From the NCBI GenBank assembly GCA_964187785.1, contig OZ076413.1, positions 46,068,001 through 46,132,000 of the forward strand: DNA of 64,000 nt. Reading direction: 5' to 3'. Both the position numbers and the translations under genes were made by a program. Every line of letters begins with the position of its first letter. The stretch's first letter is position 1. This DNA is from Amphiscolops sp. MND2022 (taxonomy: Eukaryota). The notes beneath the pieces are model-generated. The model worked only from the letters and a program-made list of their open reading frames with translations, was not told the origin of the DNA and searched no databases. Below, in pieces: positions 10,881 through 23,553 of the stretch.

Positions 10881-13800
10881 CTAGGACTGATAATGGGAGA
10901 GGGCGATTCCGTTTTCGTGAATTTTCCTCATTTCAGCGTGAGCAATTTCCCGCTTTCGTTTTTCCATTCGGGCTCTGCTGATTATTGCGTAACATCTCTC
11001 GAGACCCAGCAACACAGCACATAGCAACATGGCGAATGACCAAACACTGTGTTCGTTGAATTTGTCTATCCTGGTAATAGAACCATCCATCCACGCGAAG
11101 TTCATCCGCGTTTGACCCTGAAGGACGTTTTCTGTGGAACTCGACTGAAACGGGAAGCAGTTTGGTTAAAATCTAAAAAGATCAGTTGTATCATTTAAAG
11201 AGGGTGATCCAAGAAAAATTGAGAAACAGAAAAGAATTTTCGTTCAACTCTATCGATAATACTGCAATAAGGAACCTAGCATTCAACCAGGTCTCCTCTA
11301 AAAATCTTGTTCACTGATTCTCTATGTTACAGTTCAGGATAAGATGTCTATTTCGAATACTCCTAGTTGAAGAAAAACAATTCTTACTTTTAGTATATAG
11401 CTTGAAATATATTTCGCGTGCAAGTGCATTACAAGAAATGAACCTTTAGAAATCTCAAGAAAACGTTTCCATTTAAAGTTCAAAGTCTTACCGAAAATGA
11501 TGCATATACGAAAAAAACTTTCAAACTTTCCCTAATTTTTTGCAAAATTTTTATGCATCTAAAAAGTCTGTTATGACGTACGTGGATGTTGAATACTAAC
11601 AAAGACGTCAATTTTGATTCTGTCCAGATAGTGCTGCTTGAAGTACTCGGTGCGAGTGAGTCTGAGATTGGTGTAGAAATTGCAGTGCACCCAGAAGTGA
11701 TTGTTCTCGTTGAACTTCTCGTCTATGTACAACGATTTCTCCGTTATGTTCATCCTAGAACACCGCGTTGTTGTGACAATAAAATTGATAAGATTACAAG
11801 TTATTCATTTATATTCAACCCAAATTTCATTGTTTTTTTTTGGTGTTTCTCTAGTTGAAAGATATGCTTGATATTTCGCGCTGTACCAAAAATAGCGTTT
11901 CAAAAACGGGGACTTCTAACAATCAGTTACAAAAATCAGTTCTAACAAACTATTACAAAAAATTTGGGAAAGGAAGTAGATTTAAAAAACACGGTTCACC
12001 AAAACATTTATTGTTTTACCGTTTGTTTTCAAATGGATTTTGTTCTCATTGATCTTCGGGAAAATTAAACTCGCATTTTTAACACAACACACAACTTGAT
12101 ATCACAACACACAACTTGATGCTAGCGAACAGTCAGCTCTAATTCTTATTGTTACGTCATTGGATTACCACACTTGAAATATTGAAACTGCGCTGTAAGA
12201 AATGCATACTACTGAGAATGCAAAAGAAATACTTTCAACTGTTCAAGAAACATTGGACTCCAAAACTGTTGCCTTATTTGAAAACCTTATCAACGCGATT
12301 CAAGAACAGTCTTCCGTCATAACAAAACTCCACAATCGAGTTCTTTTTCTTGAAAATAAAGTCAATGAACTAGAAAGATATTCGTCAAAAGATTGCCTAA
12401 TTATTAACAATTTACCATTATTGAATGGAGATTACACAAAAGATGTCCTGGCTCTTTTCAACGATGTACTTGGAGTGGAGGTGACGGCCTATGACCTCAA
12501 AGCAGTTCATCCACTGGGTGTCGTGAGTAAAAACAAACCTTGTACTGTGATTACAAAGTTCGTATATTTTGATATTAAAAACCGAATTTGGGGAAGGAAA
12601 AAGTTTTTGAAAAACTACGTGAATCCTGCAAATAAACGACCAGTATTTCTCAATGAAAGGCTGACACAACGCGATTTGGAACTGAAAGATTATGCGAAAG
12701 GTCTAGGCATGTATACAACAACATTCAATTCTGCACCTCAAGTTTTGGTTCCCAACGCCAACGGTGGATATCAAAGACATACTTTAGTTGATTTCAAAGA
12801 TGCAGATGATATTTTCCAAAAGAAAAAACCTTTGTTATTTAAACAACAAATGACTGGACGAAATCCTTCAATGTTTAACATGGACAACAAAGATGCCAAT
12901 TTGAAGTTACAGAACAACAAAGATAAAAGACAGCGTGAGCAGACACCAAGGACCGCTGAGACAATGAACATTGCTGAAAAATTGAAACAACTTATGGATG
13001 ACAGGGATGGTCTGGTCAATTTCATAGAATCCTTGCAAAAAGATTCGCCAGTACCCAAAATGATGAATAACAAGGAAACTGAAGGCATGGAAACTAACTA
13101 AGTGTGATCTAATGACGTACATTATCATTGACTACAGACTCATGTTAAACGATACTGAAAACCAATCCTTGGTACCCTTCGAAAATGAAAGCAAAACGAT
13201 TTTAGGAATGAACATTAGATCTTTAAGCAAACATCTAAACGAACTTGAGATCCTTCTACAAACATTGGAACATAAACCAGAAATAATTGCAATAACTGAA
13301 TCTTGGATGACAGAAAGCGATGACATGGAAGATTTTAACATAACAGGTTATCAACCACTTGAATCAACGCCACGGAAAAATGCCAAACGACGATCAGGCG
13401 GAGTAGCTCTTTATGCAAAAAAAGGAATAGAGTATAAGCAAATCCAAGTAGACACAAAGATTGAGTGCTGTGTTTTCGAATTTAAGATAGGAGTTCAAAC
13501 TATTAATCTTTGTATTTTGTATCGAAACGAGAAATTTTACCTGACGCAATTTTTCCCCAATTGGAGCAACTACTTCACCAATTGAAAATGTTGAAAAATG
13601 AAACTATTATTTTTGGCGATTTCAACATCGATACACAAAAAAACGATAATGATAAAAAAACTACGAGTCATTATTAGCTGCATATGATTTCAAACTCAGA
13701 AATTTTGAACCCACTAGAGTGACCGCAAAAACCAAAAGTTGTCTCGATCATTTCATTTCACTTAATGAGTTTGCAACCGATACGATCAAAACGACTATCA

Positions 13801-16800
13801 GTGATCATTATTCAGTTATTCTGAAACTACCTGAAAGTAAAAATGTTGAAAGTAAAAAAACAATGAAAGCAAGAAACATGAAAAAACTGAAAGGTGAAAA
13901 TGCTTTGAACTTTCTATTCGTTTTGTATCAAAAATTGAAAACAATTTCACAAAATAACGCTGCAGATATACAATTTCATGAGATATCAAGAATAAAAATG
14001 GAATGTGTGGATAGATTTGCTCCTGAACGGGAACTCAATTCGCACTACGATCAAAACGATTGGATAACAAACAAAATTAAGAATGCAATTGTAAAACGTG
14101 ATGAACTCTTCCAAAAGTGGATAAAAAGTCCGACGACGGATAGCGAACGAGCTTACAAAACATTCAGAAACAAAGTTACATCGTTGATAAGATCTGAAAA
14201 AAAGAATGCCAATATCAAAAAATTAGGTCCAACTCCAACGTCTAAAATGATTTATAAAAGTCTTAAAACTTTCAAACAACAGCAACAAAAACCGCGGAAA
14301 ATGCCTGATTTGGAAAATCTGAATAATCATTTTGCTTCTGTCGGAACGCTTCTGTCATCCAAGTTGCAATCCATTCCATTCAATTATGAGTCACGAAAGA
14401 TCCTAAATTCAATGGTTATACACCCTACTGACCATTTAGAAGTTTCAAAAATAATCAAGCAGTTAAAAAATAAGAAAAGTACTGGCCATGACGGCATCAG
14501 TAATGAAATACTCAAATGTTGTTCACCTGTAGTAGATTCTTTTTTAGCAGACGCCATCAATAAAGCTATTAATGAACATGTATTCCCTGAAACATTGAAA
14601 GTTGCAAAAGTCATTCCGCTATACAAGAAGGGGGATTATGAAAAACCTGAAAATTATCGACCGATTAGTTTGCTGAGCTCAATCAGTAAAGTTTTTGAGA
14701 AATTACTTTATAAAAGGATTTTGAAGTTTTGTAAAAAACATAAATTGATAAGTTCTGATCAATATGGGTTTCGTTCAAGTAGATCATTCGATGCAATATC
14801 TACGGTAACGGAATATATTAGGGAAGCCATTGAAAAGAAACATACTGGACCACAAGGTTCTGTGCTGGGTCCTTTGCTTTTTCTTATCTATATCAATGAC
14901 CTCAGTGAAGGTATACACAGTAGCAAACTTGCATTGTTTGCGGATGATACCAGTGTAATAAAAGCGGGTAACAGAAATGATATTTCAATTGAAGAAGATA
15001 TAAACTCACTGACTAACTGGTTTACAAAAAATAAATTATCGGTTAATTTGGATAAATGTGAAGTTGTTCCGTTTGGATCAGGAAAGCCACTTGAAATAAC
15101 AATGATGTCCAAAAAGATACCGTTTAATAAATCATGCAGGTACTTAGGTGTGCATATAGATAGTCGATTACGATTTCATGAACATATTAATCGTGTTGTG
15201 AAAAAATTAAATAAATTTTGTGGACTTATTTATAGAATTCGACATTACTACAACAAAAAATGCTTGCTAATGTTTTACAATAGCTTTGCAAAATCTGTTA
15301 TTTGTTATGGACTTTTGATATATGGAACATCAGCAAAAAGCAACCTCAGAAAAATAGAAATGGCCCAACGTAGAATTTTGAGAGGCATTTTTTTCAAAAA
15401 AAAGTATGATTCCATAAGCAACATACTACGTCGGAATGGAGTATTAACAGTTTTTGAACTCTACATTGTTGAAGTAATGAAGGAATTGTTCCGACAACTA
15501 CAATCAAAATCACCTAATTTGCTCCTCTCAAACATTGAAGCTACCACGAATGACAAAATAGAAAGAAGATCTAAGCAAAAAAATCTTTTACCGCTCACCT
15601 GGAGTAGGACGATAGTGAAACAAAAATGTCTTACCAATGTTTTGATAAAATGTCATAATTGGCTTAAACAATTCAATCTTTTACCCGAAGACCTTGCGAC
15701 AATGAGTAAAACTCAAACTATAAAATTAACACAGAAAATTAGTTCGTTATATAATGTTGATAATGAGCAACTTGTGACATTATTCTTTTAGGAAGTGGTT
15801 TATCTTTCTCCTAACTGAAAGGGTACCTAACTGGTTTCCAAGGGTGGAAACTCGAAGAGCTATTAAGCTCCTTTTCCATCCCAATTGGATAATAATTCAT
15901 CTTTGTATGAAATAGAATATTATTTTATTTAATATCTTTATCCAATTAAATTAACTTATCTTATCTTATCTTATCATTTTTTTATTCCTATGTAAAAACT
16001 TCTCATGAATAGTTTACATGGATGATGAAAAAGGCACGAAAGAAGTTCTAACCTGTTCCACTGGGTTCGAACGTCATCGAATGAGATTGGAAGGACAACG
16101 AAGAAAAAAGCGACAATTGTATGGTCGGGATGGTTGCAGATCAGGGCCTCTGTCTGGACGTCTTTCCAGTTGGTGGGGCCCTCCAGAATTATAGCGCCTG
16201 GAAAGTTGCGAGGTTAAAAACCGCAGCGAAGTTAAAAACCATTTGGAACTGATCATTCAAAAAATGTATATCTTCATCTCACTAATTAAATCTGATAGCG
16301 TAAAATTTAATCCATGAGGCTTTTTTGGGCATGTGTTTCGCCATAACTGGAAAAAGGACGTTATTCAAACCTATTATATAACAAAAAATTGCGGGTCTAT
16401 CATACAAACGGATGAATATAAGTTGTGTATAGATCCAAAATGGAGTCCTCTGACTGTGGGTTGAATGCAGGAGAATTATATAAATGAAAAACCTGTGCAA
16501 ATGAAAATTATCAAAAGCATAGGGTAATGGGTTGTCGTTCAACTCTGTGAACATTTGTTGAACGATGATATTGTGACCGACAGAAGCATATAATTGTACC
16601 GGTCAAGAAAGTGACAATAGAACTGTCATTCTTGAAAAGTATGTTGCGTATTAGTAACAATAAATGAAGTTCATTTTTTGGGAGCTTTTGTTTTGGTGTT
16701 TCAGTCTAGATTATTTTGAATAACGCGATCGAAGAGATGAAAAAAAATGAATTTAAGTTTTCAACAACCAGAAAAATCACTAGGATGCCAAAAATATATT

Positions 16801-19286
16801 AAAACTGTAGTTGGTAAACTATAGACGGTTATTATTGCACTAGAAGGTAAAAAGCATAGAACGTACGAATGATATCAATCTGGTGATGCCCATACACTCA
16901 AGAGACAGATATGGAATGATTACTCATCGATGGATCATCACCCACAAAAAACTTCAGAATCAGCTCTGTAGCAACGGAAAACAAACTATCGTTCACTGAA
17001 GCCATTGACAGTTCACTCGTTCCAATGAACATCCCAATGTCAACAGCTTAAGTGAATAATAGCGTATCACCAAAAATGGTTTCAAAAACCAACGCGAACG
17101 TTACAAAAGACGTTTTTTTGAAAAAATCTTTGCAATGATAAATTCATACCAAAAGCTTAATGTGACAAAGCGGGGCACTTGTGCTAATTTTTGTATACTG
17201 TTACAAAATGCCTTTATGCAAAATCGGACAGAGTAATAACGAAAAAAGGTCCGAAGAAAGTTTATTTCCCCAATTCCGCGGGGTGGACGCCGAATAAGCA
17301 GTTCGGCTTTTCTAATTCGGCGCCCTTTCGGATACTATCTCCCCATAGCAAGCTATGGTACCATATTTGCAGCCAAGTGGTCAAGCAATGGTGGGCTTGA
17401 AGCTGTGTTTTCAAGGTGACTTGCTCAAGGTCACAAAGGTCTGACTGCTCACCGTTTCGCTTTTTGTTTTTGCTTTTCTCCGCCAAATGCGTAATTTTTT
17501 GCCATTCACCATACCACTAAGCTAGGAATGAAGGACTTGCTGCTTAAGGCGCAACAATAGTGAGTTGAGAGAGATTCGAACCTGCTACCACCCCAGTACA
17601 GGCCGAATGCTCTAACCACTACACCATGTTCCCCGAAATGTTTATTTTTTTTAGTATTAGAGGCTAATTTCAGAATCGTTTTGGCCTAAGAACATCGCGC
17701 TCTGACGTCAATGCCAATCTGTAAAAAGAAACGAAAACGGTCTGAATCGAGTGCTGAGTCAGATGGCCATTGATTTTTGCCTGTGAAACTTTTGGTCTAT
17801 TTAATTATTCTGATAGATCTCTTCTCAACATTACTTTGAAATCTCCAAGTGTCGAAGTGAATTCGAAGGGATACCCATAAGACTCGAAAATCTCTTTTTC
17901 TAACTGGAAACATCAAAAAATAATTTTTGGAAAACAAACAGTCTTATTCAACGAAAAAAAGTCTCACAGTGCCAAATAGGAGCTTTAGGCTCGCAAATGT
18001 TAGCTCATCCTCAGGACTCGGAAAAGGATATTTTAGAAACTTTTTTTAAAAAATCTTTGGTAAATCGAATTGTGCCGTAAAGACATCTATGCTCGCAGAA
18101 CGCTTTCTCTCTGCTGAAATCAAGAGGAGGGCACTTTGGTTTTAAAAGTTCAGAAAAAAGTTGAATGGTGCCAAAAAAACCCAAAGGGGGAGGACCGGAA
18201 ATGGAATATTCCATTTCCGGTCCTCCCCCTTTGGGTTTTTTTGGCACCATTCAACTTTTTTCTGAACTTTTAAAACCAAAGTGCCCTCCTCTTGATTTCA
18301 GCAGAGAGAAAGCGTTCTGCGAGCGTTCTTCTGTGATTCATTCTATACCGCTAGTTTGTCATATGACAAACTAGCGGTATAGAATGAATCAAAACTTCTG
18401 AAAAACTGGTTGCTGCTGGAATCAAATATAAACTGTTTGCACTGGTGACAAAAAAGAAATACAGCTGCTTCCTGAAAGTGTAAACCGACTTCATATCATC
18501 TTCACTTACTGGTAGTACTTTTTGATCACTGAAAGAATTCTAGGAAAAGTGAATTTTGCGTCAACGTCGACAGACAGTATGACTTCAGGAGCAACATATT
18601 TTCATAATTCGATTGCATCTAACTACCCGCCCAAGATTCAATGGAAGAGGACAATGAATACCGGTTGTTGCGGTCAATTGTATTTTCATGCAAATTTTTA
18701 TGATGCATATGACCTGTTATCTTTTTAGGTGTCCACATTTCATACATGCACAAGGAATTATAAATGACGACGAGTCAAAGAAAACTCGATGAATTAAGGA
18801 TTCTTGATTCAGAGACAAGGTTTTTTTTACATGGAAACATTTTACGAATAAACGTGTTTCGCAATCTGATTTGAGCTTAGCCAATTAGAAACAAATATTT
18901 AACCCCAATGCAATATTATTTTTAATCCTGGAAACGTCTTCAAGAAATGTTTTTAACCATTTGTTTCATTATTTCCAAAATTGAATATCTTCAATAAGTT
19001 TTCTAGACGGATTTCCCACTGAAACTAATAATTTTTCAAACATTTTTGTATATGAATAGTCTTGTATGTTTGTCCATATAGAGAAGGTTGTCAAGAAGAT
19101 TGATCATACTTGAGTCTGCCTGGCTGCTGTTGAGGTAAAGAATGTTTTTGCATTTCTCCCAGCTGTAGTGCGTGGCTCTGGAGCTGTTCAGACACAAGCA
19201 GTTCCCAGGCACGTCGAATTTTTCAAAGTCCAGTTCAATGTTGCTGTCGTTTTTTTGAGAAATAACAAACGCTGATAAGAGCACAA
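10881..19286 (-). CDS. Putative host gene, last four exons (probable single-pass membrane protein; weakly CUB-like segment)
   Basis: Exons about 19286/19271-19110, 16197-16053, 11754-11582 and 11131-10881 have AG/GT boundaries and compatible phases (1, 2, 1) with no stops. IELDFEKFDVPGNC in the first exon; hydrophobic VWSFAMLLCAVLLGL followed by a basic tail in the last. 5' exons not found. Confidence 0.6.
12202..13101 (+). CDS. LINE ORF1 (coiled coil + RRM-like)
   Basis: Intact 299 aa. Coiled coil followed by LERYSSKDCLIINNLP, VHPLG, VITKF and VFLNERLT, typical of LINE ORF1p. Confidence 0.8.
   Translation: MHTTENAKEILSTVQETLDSKTVALFENLINAIQEQSSVITKLHNRVLFLENKVNELERYSSKDCLIINNLPLLNGDYTKDVLALFNDVLGVEVTAYDLKAVHPLGVVSKNKPCTVITKFVYFDIKNRIWGRKKFLKNYVNPANKRPVFLNERLTQRDLELKDYAKGLGMYTTTFNSAPQVLVPNANGGYQRHTLVDFKDADDIFQKKKPLLFKQQMTGRNPSMFNMDNKDANLKLQNNKDKRQREQTPRTAETMNIAEKLKQLMDDRDGLVNFIESLQKDSPVPKMMNNKETEGMETN
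13112..15791 (+). pseudogene. LINE ORF2 (APE endonuclease + reverse transcriptase), frameshifted and internally deleted
   Basis: Motifs MNIRSL, ITESW, GGVALY, GDFNID, LDHF, SDH; NYRPISLL, QYGFR, PQGSVLGPLLF, LFADD, YLGV. Frameshifts near 13555 and 13660. The RT block normally containing the DxxKAFD motif is missing at about 14849. Confidence 0.9.
17500..17634 (-). mobile_element. tRNA-derived SINE-like fragment
   Basis: The minus strand has A-box TGGTGTAGTGG and B-box GGTTCGAATC, but no proper acceptor stem pairing. Confidence 0.5.
18091..18324. repeat. Perfect 234-bp palindrome (117-bp arms, no spacer)
   Basis: Centre GGAAT|ATTCC at 18207/18208. The ORF track shows the same peptide on both strands. 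Confidence 0.95.
18335..18390. repeat. Perfect 56-bp palindrome
   Basis: GATTCATTCTATACCGCTAGTTTGTCAT|ATGACAAACTAGCGGTATAGAATGAATC. Confidence 0.95.
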
Positions 19287-20284
19287 CTGAAACAGTGACA
19301 AATAAAATTGGGCAACTAAAAGTTGAGATTTCTTATCACATGTGAAAAACAAATAATTTTCGAAATGCTGACTTGAAATTCAGGAAGAAACAAAAACAAA
19401 ATTAAACTTACCCTAGTTGAAAGTGCTCGAAAGTTTTTACATGTTTTTATAGGTTGCAAGGGTTTTTGGGGAGCTGCTTGGTGAAAATTTCATGCTTGAA
19501 ATTTTCATGCTGCGTCACTAATTCTTCAGGTATTTATTAGCATTCCTTTACAATTTGGCGGGTTTTCAAAGTATTATCAAGGAATCTAAACCCAAAATAC
19601 CCGCGAAATATTGTAGGTTTTTGTGGGCAATGCTTGAAATTTTGTAAACACAGACGCTACAATATGACGTAAACAAATAGTGAGAGAGTGCCAGTGTAGC
19701 AAACAAATTCGTATTACTGGAATTTTTTTTAGTCTCTTCGAAATTTTTCGTTGAAATTGCCTGGTTTTTTTCCAAACATTATTACAGGCCGCAGCCATAT
19801 TTTTTCGAATGTGCATGGATCTGCTCAGAGGATTTTGCAGGTTGCATGGAAATTTTACAAAATTTTTCCATGCATGCTTCCAGTATTTTCTATGTTTTTC
19901 AAAAATCTACAATGCAAGCATGGATGCAACATGGAAAACTTTCCGGCATGTCCGACTAGGGTACTTTTGCCACTACATTCCAATTTTCTGACATTTTGAA
20001 ACATTTATAGTGTTTTATTATCCTTTTTGAATGACAATCTTTCCGAAATTTCTCTATGACCTGGGGCAGCTTTAAATTGGAACCGAGTTTTGGTTCTCAG
20101 GTTCAAATTTAGGTTTGTTTTATCACTTCTTTGCTTTCCAACAATTTGTGAATGGCCTAGTTCGCCTGACTTTCAATCCCGGGTTATTCTTGAGGTTTTT
20201 AATCGGCGCTTTCGTAGAAAGAGATGACTATAGTACTTGCTTTTTTAAAGACCAAAGACAGATCTTATAAGCTTTATAAGCTGT

Positions 20285-20650
20285 AACGGATATAGCGGAT
20301 ATATGGGCAATACCTGATATAACGTTCCTTGGAGAATTTTTCAAAGCTGTAGATAGTGCTACGGAGTCCCCGTCAACAATAACAAAACCCATACCGGATT
20401 TAACGCAAGCCGGATATAACGAATTCCGGATATAACGTTAACCGTAGATAACGACACAACCCATACCGAATTTAACGCAAACCGGATATAACGAATTCCG
20501 GATATAACGAATACTCGATATAACGTATACCGTATATAATGTCACAAGCCATACCAGATTTAACGCAAACCGGATATAACGTTTCTTGGAGAATTTTTCA
20601 AAAATTCTAATGTCTTGGTTTTCAAAATTCTAATGTCTTGGTTTTACAAA
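20285..20650 (+). repeat. Degenerate tandem array of GATATAACG-core units next to an assembly gap
   Basis: Repeated CCATACC.GATTTAACGCAA.CCGGATATAACG units, followed by a duplicated AAAATTCTAATGTCTTGGTTTT. Confidence 0.75.
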
Positions 20651-20769
20651 TTATTCCTGAGGAATGAGTCCTAAGAATGATTTAAACCATTCCAATTGTG
20701 CTCACCCGTGCTTTGATGGAAGCCATGGTCGTTGGTGACGATGTTTATGGAGGAGACAGGGTTGTCTTT

Positions 20770-20969
20770 NNNNNNNNNNNNNNNNNNNNNNNNNNNNNNN
20801 NNNNNNNNNNNNNNNNNNNNNNNNNNNNNNNNNNNNNNNNNNNNNNNNNNNNNNNNNNNNNNNNNNNNNNNNNNNNNNNNNNNNNNNNNNNNNNNNNNNN
20901 NNNNNNNNNNNNNNNNNNNNNNNNNNNNNNNNNNNNNNNNNNNNNNNNNNNNNNNNNNNNNNNNNNNNN
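20770..20969. other. Assembly gap (200 N)
   Basis: Run of N. Confidence 1.
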
Positions 20970-23478
20970 GATGAGACCTAATTATAAATGTATTTAAATA
21001 CCGCTGAGACTCGAACAGTTTTACTCTGTTGACCATACTCTGAACCGGTTCAGAGTATGGTCAGCTTGAAACCATAAAATTTTATGGTCCATTATGGAAC
21101 CATATATGGTCCAGAGTATGGCCAACTTGAAATCATAAAAACCTAAAAGCTCAATTATAATCAGATGAATGTCGGAAATGGCAACCACTCGTGCACAAAG
21201 TGCACAGAAATTTGTTGCCGAGATCATTATGCTGTATTTTTAGGGAGGCGCTCAGCTCGTGAGATACATAGTATCGCACTTGACAAGACCCACGACAAGA
21301 ACGTGGCCCGCTTCGGGTCTCAAAAAAGTAAAGCACAAGATGCTCCAGGGGTTTGGTACTGCAGTGAAATCTTAAATCGAATTTAGAGAAATTTACCAGT
21401 ATCATGGTAGTTGATGCCATTGAATGACTCTAAAACCTGTTTTTTTTTTATAGGCACAAAACTCTTTATTAAACTGCAGATCATAAGGTCATACATAGAC
21501 AACGATAGATTGGAAAAAAATGAAAGCTCCTGGTTATCTTGTACTGCAGTTAAATCTTAAATCGAATTTAGATAAAATACCAGTATGATGGCAGTTGATG
21601 CAAAAGAATGACTCTAAAACCTGTTTTCTTATCATAAAAAAAATTTTAATTAGCCGGTTAGCCTGGAACCATAAACCTTTATAGTCCAGAGTATGACCAG
21701 CCTGGAATCATAGTGTGATTATGATGGCAGAGCATGATTGACCTCTTTTTGTATTGGAGGGAAACCCGGACGTGAACAATTGGGGAAAAATGCACTTTTT
21801 TCGAGACATGTATGTTTTATTCAAACTTCTGAAAGTTATTTAGATCTTCAGTAGGAAATTACCATCCGTATGTTTAATTTCGAGAACATAAACAAAAATT
21901 GTGGCCCTGAGAATTTATTGTCAGTTTGTTCGAAAACATTGATATCAAGTTCGAACTCACTTTCGACGAAGATCTGCAAAAACTCATAAAACATGAAGGA
22001 TGCAGTTTTCTTTCCGATAGAACGAGAGATGATTTGCTTCGTGTCGTGAAAATAACATTCCGAATAATGTTTTGAGGAAACGAGCAACAAAAAGCAACCA
22101 AAAGTATCCTTATAAACCTTATGAAGTGGGAAATGAAAGACTATAAAAAGAAGCTATGAAGACATTTAATAAAAATCCAGACACTATCAATTTTGATAAC
22201 AATGGAGAATATGCAACAATGAAATATTTATTACAATGAATTTTTCAAGGATAGCTATATATGATCAGCATATCCAAGGTAGGTAATAGCAACCGCTAAC
22301 AAACGAAAATGAATGCTGAATTGTTTTTTGGCAGTTTTTAAGAAACGGAGTTTTTCGGTAACGCCAAGCAAGTTCTCTTACAAAGATCCAATGAACACTT
22401 TTCTGAAGCAATCAGGCCCATAAGCAGTACAGACAAAACACCTGAGCGCATTGTAACTCTGGAGTCTAAGAAACTACATATTTGACTATAAATGGAATCC
22501 CAATAATAGTTTCTCCGAAAAATTTTGAGCTTTATTATTCATCTGTGGTACAATTGCTCAGTGTTGAACCGTTTGACGGAATTTGGGAGACGCCATGCTC
22601 TTTAAAACCATGTACAGTATGCCTACTTAGAACCAAAATGAAGCACATACGACATACCAAATCCGAGACATCCGGAATTGGAAATCATTGCTGTTAAAAA
22701 TAGTCAAAAAACTTACGGAGCATGCAGAAAACTTTGTTCAATCCAGCCAGCAGATAATTTTGATTGGCTTGAAAGAATTTTTGAGTTATATGATTTTTAG
22801 TCTTCTCATGAAGTTGAAAATTTGTGCATTTGACGAACAGTTTTTCTGAGAATCTGCTAAACTTTATTGTCCAATGGTAAAATCCAGTTTTTGCGAGTCT
22901 CGTATATTCCATTGGAAGAAAACTGAACTGATACGAACGTGTATTTTTCGACGACACTGCATTAAAATGACAGCTGTTTAAATAACCTGTTAATGCGTGG
23001 TCGTCTCTGTAAGACATTGTCTTATTCTAATTCAAACAAGCTGTACTTCTTTTGAGAACATTTGCGCCAAAATTGTATTATTTTCCCGGTTTATTGCCTA
23101 GGAGGGACGTAGCTTGACGAAATGAAAGAGTATTGAATTACTCGGAGGTAGTTCTTTGAGTTGGTAAAAGTTCCGGAACTTCCGAAAGCGACGGATGTCA
23201 AAATACGATCATCAATGGTTATTTATTCATGTTTTCATATCTGGCACCGTGACGACTGTCAATTGAAATAAGAGAGAACAACGTCTTTGAGAATTCGAAA
23301 TGAACATTGTTGTTTTCACTTGAGGGGTAAAGCAAAAGGAATCAATGTAAAGATGTTATTTTTAGTCGGCGCATTTTAGAAAAAATGTGACCGGCTATTA
23401 CAGTGGCAAATTTTTTATTCTTCCTATGTCAGATGACAATCTCACACTGAATTGTCCTCTCCAGACACTCCTGGTGCA

Positions 23479-23553
23479 GACATCATATGGTTCAGTGGTT
23501 AGGATTTATGCTGCACAAACAGAAGGTCGTGGATTCAAACACCGCTCCTGTCA
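23479..23553 (+). mobile_element. tRNA-derived SINE-like head or tRNA pseudogene
   Basis: A-box TGGTTCAGTGG and degenerate B-box GGATTCAAAC at tRNA-like spacing; the cloverleaf is poor. Confidence 0.4.

Larger units (their letters stand above)
12080..15975 (+). mobile_element. LINE (CR1/L2-like) with ORF1, ORF2 and (CTTAT)n tail, inside an intron of the putative host gene
   Basis: Two ORFs, APE endonuclease and RT motifs, short 3' UTR with a stem-loop near 15842-15881, tail (CTTAT)4 at 15955-15975. The 5' boundary is approximate. Confidence 0.88.

Noticed and set aside
17563..17634. Functional tRNA gene
   Set aside because: A and B boxes are present but the stems do not pair; better explained as a SINE head. 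The same applies to 23479-23553.
18011..18374. Identical ORFs on both strands
   Set aside because: Artefact of the palindrome.
20671..21036. ORFs spanning the N run
   Set aside because: Caused by the assembly gap.
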